From Haliotis rubra (taxonomy: Eukaryota): a DNA stretch of 64,000 nt. The DNA lies in contig NW_025767268.1 of NCBI RefSeq assembly GCF_003918875.1, positions 868,001 through 932,000 on the forward strand. The letters run 5' to 3'. Below are positions 58,328-64,000 of the stretch, piece after piece. The position numbers and the translations under genes are program-made. The notes below the pieces were generated by a model. That model ran no database searches, was not told the DNA's origin, and saw nothing but the letters and a program-made list of their open reading frames with translations. Each line of letters starts with the position of its first letter. The stretch's first letter is position 1.

Positions 58328-58578
58328 CAAACTGTAGCGCAAACAGGGTTGCGCAGCAAAGAGAAAATGACCAGTCTTCGTATATGCGAGCGAAGCGAGA
58401 ACTGTAGCGCAAACAGGGTTGCGCAAAAAAGAGACAATGACCAGTCTTCGTATATGCGAGCGAAGCGAGAACTGTAGCGTAAACAGGGTTGCGCAACAAA
58501 GAGAAAATGACGCTTCGCGCGCATATGCGAAGACTGGTCATTTTCTTTGTTGCGCAACCCTGTTTGCGCTACAGTTTG
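58328..58578. repeat. 70-bp tandem repeat followed by an inverted copy
   Basis: AACTGTAGCGCAAACAGGGTTGCGCA...GCGAAGCGAG about 2.7 times, then its reverse complement. Confidence 0.85.
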
Positions 58579-58999
58579 CCTGTGCGGGAGCATACAAGGT
58601 CTAACAGGTTCTGTGATATTTCAATTGTATGGTCAAAAGCACAATGGTCTGTTTTTACCTATAAGCTATGATTAATCATACTGAATAGTCATTTGTGTTA
58701 AATTTGGGTTTGAAAGAAGGAATATTTTCAAATTTCAATAACGACAGATTTTTATCAGACAACCCCTGTCTGTGACATCACATCTGGTGACCTTTGCGCT
58801 TACTAGAAAACCGAAGTTCGATTTTGCGATCTTAATTTTCGTTTTTCTCTCGTCATATCATCAACTGAAAATGATAAATGAAAGACTCGTTGAATGAGAA
58901 GTCCGTCAGCTCTTGGAAGAATTTACACATTAAAGTGGGGTTGGTGTCGAAAATAATGAACCATAACACTTTAAATTATGACTTGTGAATATTCATAAA

Positions 59000-60600
59000 T
59001 TATGTGTAAATGTGGTCTTAAAATAAACATTGATAAAACTAAAGTAGTGTGGATAGGTTCTAAACAATTATCAAGTACACTGTATTGCAGAGACTATACT
59101 CTGGACTGGACGCAAAGACCTTTGAAACTGCTAGGTATCATATTTCAACATAATAAGGCAGAAATGGTGGAAAGAAACCATAAAGATAAACTAAAGAAAA
59201 TGGATAAATTAATGAAACTTTGGTCACTTAGAGATCTCACACCATTCGGCAGAATAACTATCCTGAAAAGCCTGATATTGCCCACACTCAATCATCTATT
59301 TTCCTCACTACCAAACCCCAAAATGAATACAATTCAAATGATGCATATAAAAACCTTCGCATTTATTTGGAGAGGCAAACCACACCAAATAAAATGATCG
59401 TTGATAATCAGAAACTATAAAGAAGGCGGCTTGAAAGTTCCAGATATACTAGAAACTATAACATCTAAACAATATCATGGATAAGAAGGTTATTTACAAC
59501 AAACTCTTAATTCAACAATATCTTAAATAACACGGTAAAAAATACAAACCCAATAGAAATGGGCTCAAATTACCTGAAAACACACATCATCCCAAAACTT
59601 AAAAACCTTTTCTGGAAATATGTTCTGGAAGCTTGGGCTGATTTACAAGGACGGTACCCTTATACGAAATCCGACTTTTTGCAAACAGTATATTTGGGCA
59701 AATAACAATATAAAAATTGGAAACAAATCTATATTATATGAACACTACTTAAAAGCAAAGTAAAATTTATAAATGACGTATTAAAAGATGATGAATCCTT
59801 TCTGTCTTTCACTGAGTTTAAAGAGATGTATAGAGTAGAGACAAATTTCTTAGAAAATGCGGAAATGCTATCTTCAATAAAACAATATTCAAAGGAAGAA
59901 ACTACGATATTGGCAAAGCTAAGACATTTACCCTTTATTCCCCCCGAATGTAAAAATACTCTATGAAAATAAGAAAGGCTGCAATATTTTCTACACAACG
60001 CTACTAAACAAGGTTACATCTACTCCAAGTTTAGGATATCAATGTAAATGGGAAAACGACCTTCATCACAATTTTCCACCTGACTTATGGAATACCTATC
60101 ATTTTATACCATTCAGAGCTTTTCATAATACTAAGGAAAGATGGTTTCAATATCGTATTGTCAACAGGGTTCTCACAACCAATAAAGACCTGTACAACTA
60201 TAATATATTAGAATCACCATTATGTATTTTTTGCAAGGCTGAAAAAGAAAACCATTGTTCATTTGATGTTTGAATGCAGACACGTAAATTGGGGTGTGGC
60301 AAGACCTTTTAAATTGGAATGAAGATAAAACAGACACTTCTATACATCTGGATCCGAAAACAGTCCTTTTGGGCTTTCATGAAAAACGTAACGATGTTCT
60401 GAACTTGATATTTATCATAACAAAGGAATATATATACATGTATTCCAGAAAACTAGCAAATATACGTTCAACCCTTGAAAGTCTCAAAGCCAATTTAAAC
60501 CACAGTTACAATCTCCATAAATACAATGCATACTCTGTATGCAAATACAGCAAGTTCACGACTTTCTGGTCATCATGCCACAACTTATTTACAAAATGAA
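59000..60600 (+). mobile_element. Decayed L1/Tx1-clade ORF2 C-terminal half
   Basis: GLKINIDKTK, KLLGIIF, WSLRDLTPFGRITILKSL, FIWRGK, EGGLK, WFQYRIVNRVLTTN, LCIFC..ETIVHLMFEC; multiple stops and frameshifts. Confidence 0.88.
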
Positions 60601-60899
60601 AAGAAACAGCTTATATACAATATTCATGTTTAAAAGTGATAATGACAATGCAACGCGACAGACCTAGTCAAGCGCATCCCGATAATAACGTCCTTTATGT
60701 TCAGCCGTATTGATATATAATCAGCGTTACATTATCCACGAGTCATTAGTGATATATATAGTACTGTGTTTCTCAGTCCTCGCACACTTTGCCATCCGGA
60801 TACAGTACACCTCATTCAGGTTATAAGACCGGGATATATTGTGTCACCAGAAATGTCACCCATCTTGTAGAAGGAGGCAGCGTATGTGTAGACGCCTCT

Positions 60900-63345
60900 A
60901 TGGCTAGTATGGCAACACAGCTTGTATTCTTAAGTCTTGCCAGTATGGCTGTCCCAGGTAAGTCACTTATTTTGCAAGTATGTTGAAAACCCAAATCTGA
61001 ACGATACTGTTTCCAGATGAAATAGTCTCAGTTAAGGGAATTATTCCATAAATGTTTTCGGGTTACAGTAGGTACCAACCAACCTCTGCTTGTCTTACCA
61101 GGCGCCAGATCCACAAAGCGCACGTAGCACTACGTCATTCGTAATAATTTAATAAACTATATAGTTAAGATAGTTCGTAATGCTAATGATAACGTTATGT
61201 TGTTCCAGTTACTGTTACGGAAATTATTCGTAACGCTTGGCTGGAATCGCTGAATCTCCATTCTACTGAGTGTTTGTAACGCTGACGTTCTTAGGCTCTA
61301 TATATACTATTGAATTACGACTGGACGTTACCTGACGAACGCTTTGTGGATCGGGACCCAAGCCACTAAATGGTTGGTCGGTTACCCCGACAACTCAGAT
61401 GGATTCTAATTGTATAGATCACTAATTTGTCTGGTCCACAAATTATCATTTGTATGCTGTGACGTCTTGATTAGCAATATGATTCTAAAAGGTAATTTGA
61501 TATTTTTTTATTGAATTCATATAGTTTTCTATCGGTTTAACTGTAAATTTACATACCATGAAATCTCTGGTTAACTGTCGCGTTTTAGTACACGTAACAC
61601 GTATCTGAATTATATTTGCTTACCGTTTTACATTTCTGAGCAAACATGTTAGTTTTAACTCTCCTAGCGTTCGTGATAACCTCTTAATAACCAAAAGACG
61701 ATTTTGAGATCAGTATCTGTAGTTTGGAGTTTAGGGTAAAGACATTTTGTAGAATGTCCATGTGAGAAGAAAATCAAGGTTTTACAGAAACAAGAAGTTT
61801 GAAACGTATATTGCCTTGAGACTTTAACATCATTGACAAAAAGCGAGTTTTTATCAGTTTGGAAAAAAACCTTTGTAACAGGCAATTAATATTATGTTAC
61901 AGTACCCGTGAAGATCCGGGTTAGAGATCTCCAGCAACCCATGCTTGTGTTTTCAGGGTTCTCCCTTTCTACGTTTAACGCGGCTCGCTATAAACCAGCC
62001 AGTCAGAGCTCAGTCTTCAAAGGGTATGCGACAGCGGAGAAGGCAGTAGATGGCAACTATGACCCCGTATTCATACACAACTCATGCGCATGTACGGAAA
62101 TTAATGATCTGGCACCATGGTGGAGTGTGGATCTTGGCCGGGAGTATCACGTGACTTCTGTCAGAATTACAAACCGACTGATCTTTGGTAATTTGACTTT
62201 GTATTCTGTTTGATACTAAGCTATACTCGTGTTTCAGTGAGCATGTATGTATAATGGGAAAGATTACACCGCAAATGAAACTAGTGTCTGAGTATTGTTT
62301 TATTCTTCTTGTAGCAATATTCCTACTATATAACAATCGTAGCACCAGAAATGGTTATCGCATGAGGCATTGGGATTCAAACCCAGTACTTTTGTCATGA
62401 CGAGCGAATACTTTTTCGCTCCGTACCATCACTGTTGTCAAGATAGACCAAAGATCTTGATACTATTAATTGTCTATTGAGGTAACAAATGAAATGTTCC
62501 TGTTGTGTTTGCCTCTAACTCAGATTGACGATATAATAAATAGAAGCAACAAAACCCCTTCCACGTTCATAAGAAATTTCTGCTAAAAGCAGATTCAATT
62601 GTACAATTGTGACTACATCATGAGCAGATATTGTTTCAGCAGTATTACAGCCGACACCATATTTTGTGCAAAGAACACCAGAAATCATTCATTAGTTTAT
62701 ATTTGACCTAAATTGATATTAACTTACATTCAGATGTCTACTTAACATTTCATGGCTGTCGTTATTTAAGCATATAAATTGGTCCAAGGTTTTTACAGAT
62801 AATATTCAACACAGGTTGTTCACAAAGTGTATCCAGCACAGGTGGGTATTTATGCACGGTACTCACCTTTGAGTATTCACACATAACTGAAGATGGCTAA
62901 GTAATCACACTTGGTATTCACCCAGAAAATTGAAGGGGTGGGTATTTAATGAGGGTATTTACAGAGGGTATTCACACATTTAACTGAAGGTGGATGGGTA
63001 TTTATTGAGGGCATTCACACAGATAACTGAAGGTGTGTATTTAATGATGGTATCCACACAGATAACTGAAGATCGCAGATAAGGATTTGTATTCTTTTCC
63101 TTCCATATCATAAACTGTTACAGGTTCCCGTCTACATGACGTCACTATTACAGTGATGAAGGAGACGAGTGCCACGCCCACTGTTTGCGGACAATATCCG
63201 GGGGCAGCTGCCGATGGTGCGAATGTCACCGTGACTTGTAGTAATCCCACGGTGGGACGTTACGTAAAAATCAGCAAGCCAGCGACGGACGGCACTGACC
63301 ATCTCACTGTTTGTGAAGTGGAAGTCATAGTAGTTAACAGATCAC
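60900..63345 (+). CDS. Secreted F-type lectin (fucolectin/FTLD) domain protein, 5' part; continues beyond the window
   Basis: Exons 60900-60957 (signal-peptide-like MASMATQLVFLSLASMAVP), 61957-62187 (NAARYKPASQSS..AEKAVDGN..SCACT..PWWSVDLG..VRITNR), 63124-63345 (RLHDVTI..CGQY..VTC..VGRYVKI..LTVCEVEV). Phase-1 introns; ends at a donor GTAAGT. Confidence 0.88.
61100..61360. mobile_element. Short MITE family with CCACAAAG..CTTTGTGG-type ends (related copies at about 19688-19797, 35164-35266, 8938-9235)
   Basis: GATCCACAAAGCG...CGCTTTGTGGATC inverted ends; similar ends at the other loci. Confidence 0.5.
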
Positions 63346-63489
63346 GTAAGTTATCGTCTTCACCAGAGGTTGGTGTTGCTGATAATTGTGATAACAATCC
63401 TTACACATTTTCCATATTTCTCACATTAAGCTAATCCTTTTCTACTTCTTTGAGAGGCATTTTAGAAGTTGTATAGATGAAGGAAAACC

Positions 63490-64000
63490 AAGTTCTATGG
63501 ATAGTCAACTTCTTTATTGCAATGAGTGCGACGTTTCGGTGTAGATACTAACACCGTTATCAAGCAAGTGATACACAGAGTTGTAACATGGAGAATATGT
63601 ACATAGCTGCATAGTGTGTATATACAATTGACAAGATTGATATACATTGGATTACTAATTAGTGATTTGAGCAGAGTAGGTTGATGTACAGAGTGATAGT
63701 GATTAAAACAATATGCAGAATGAGTTTATACAATAGATGAGTTGATGTACACTGAGATGGCAATCGTGAGTTGAAGAGAGTAGGTTGATGTACACATTGA
63801 TTGGTTGTGATAGCAAGACACAAAAGGGAGCATGGAAGCCAATTGGACTAGGTATGGGTGGATTACTGGTGATCTTTAATTAGGTGGTGATAGGCCGAGG
63901 AGATAAAATAACCTTGATCCCGGTTCGTGGTGGGGTTGAAGCGTTGGATGGCTTTAAGAATTTTCCAAATCTTTAAGTCTGCTCGGTTGGTTTCCAGGAT
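63490..64000 (-). mobile_element. Penelope-like element 3' end (GIY-YIG C-terminus plus pLTR)
   Basis: Minus-strand ...KILKAIQRFNPTTNRDQGYFISSAY; downstream TTGATAACGGTGT..ACACCGAAACGTCG hammerhead-like motif and AATAAAGAAGTTG. Confidence 0.7.

Overview
Eukaryotic, intron-rich genomic DNA from an invertebrate. The SINE style and gene content suggest a mollusc, possibly an abalone-like gastropod; this is inference. Most long ORFs in the supplied track are minisatellite artefacts, so the real genes were rebuilt from splice sites. (1) The 5' two-thirds of OSGEP/Kae1 lie on the minus strand (7 coding exons found, one GC-AG intron, one expected exon not found). (2) Head-to-head with it are three tandem cathepsin A / lysosomal protective protein (S10 serine carboxypeptidase) genes on the plus strand, each with an intact Ser-Asp-His triad. 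(3) The 5' part of a secreted F-type lectin gene with a degenerate fucose site lies near the end. Interspersed are a Tc1 DD34E transposon, two hAT-type and several other MITE/palindromic elements, three SINE-like families, decayed R4-like, L1/Tx1-like and I/Nimb-like LINE pieces, Penelope-like remnants with hammerhead-like motifs, and many minisatellites. Highlights: the Tc1 right TIR has replaced the native splice acceptor of CTSA copy 2 exon 4 and supplies a new in-frame one; a CLEAR/E-box cluster sits in the shared OSGEP-CTSA promoter; an E-box minisatellite precedes copy 3; a non-tRNA SINE has a sharply defined 5' end that folds into a compact pseudoknot (ribozyme candidate); and paralog comparison captures an intron difference, a minisatellite birth and probable gene conversion.
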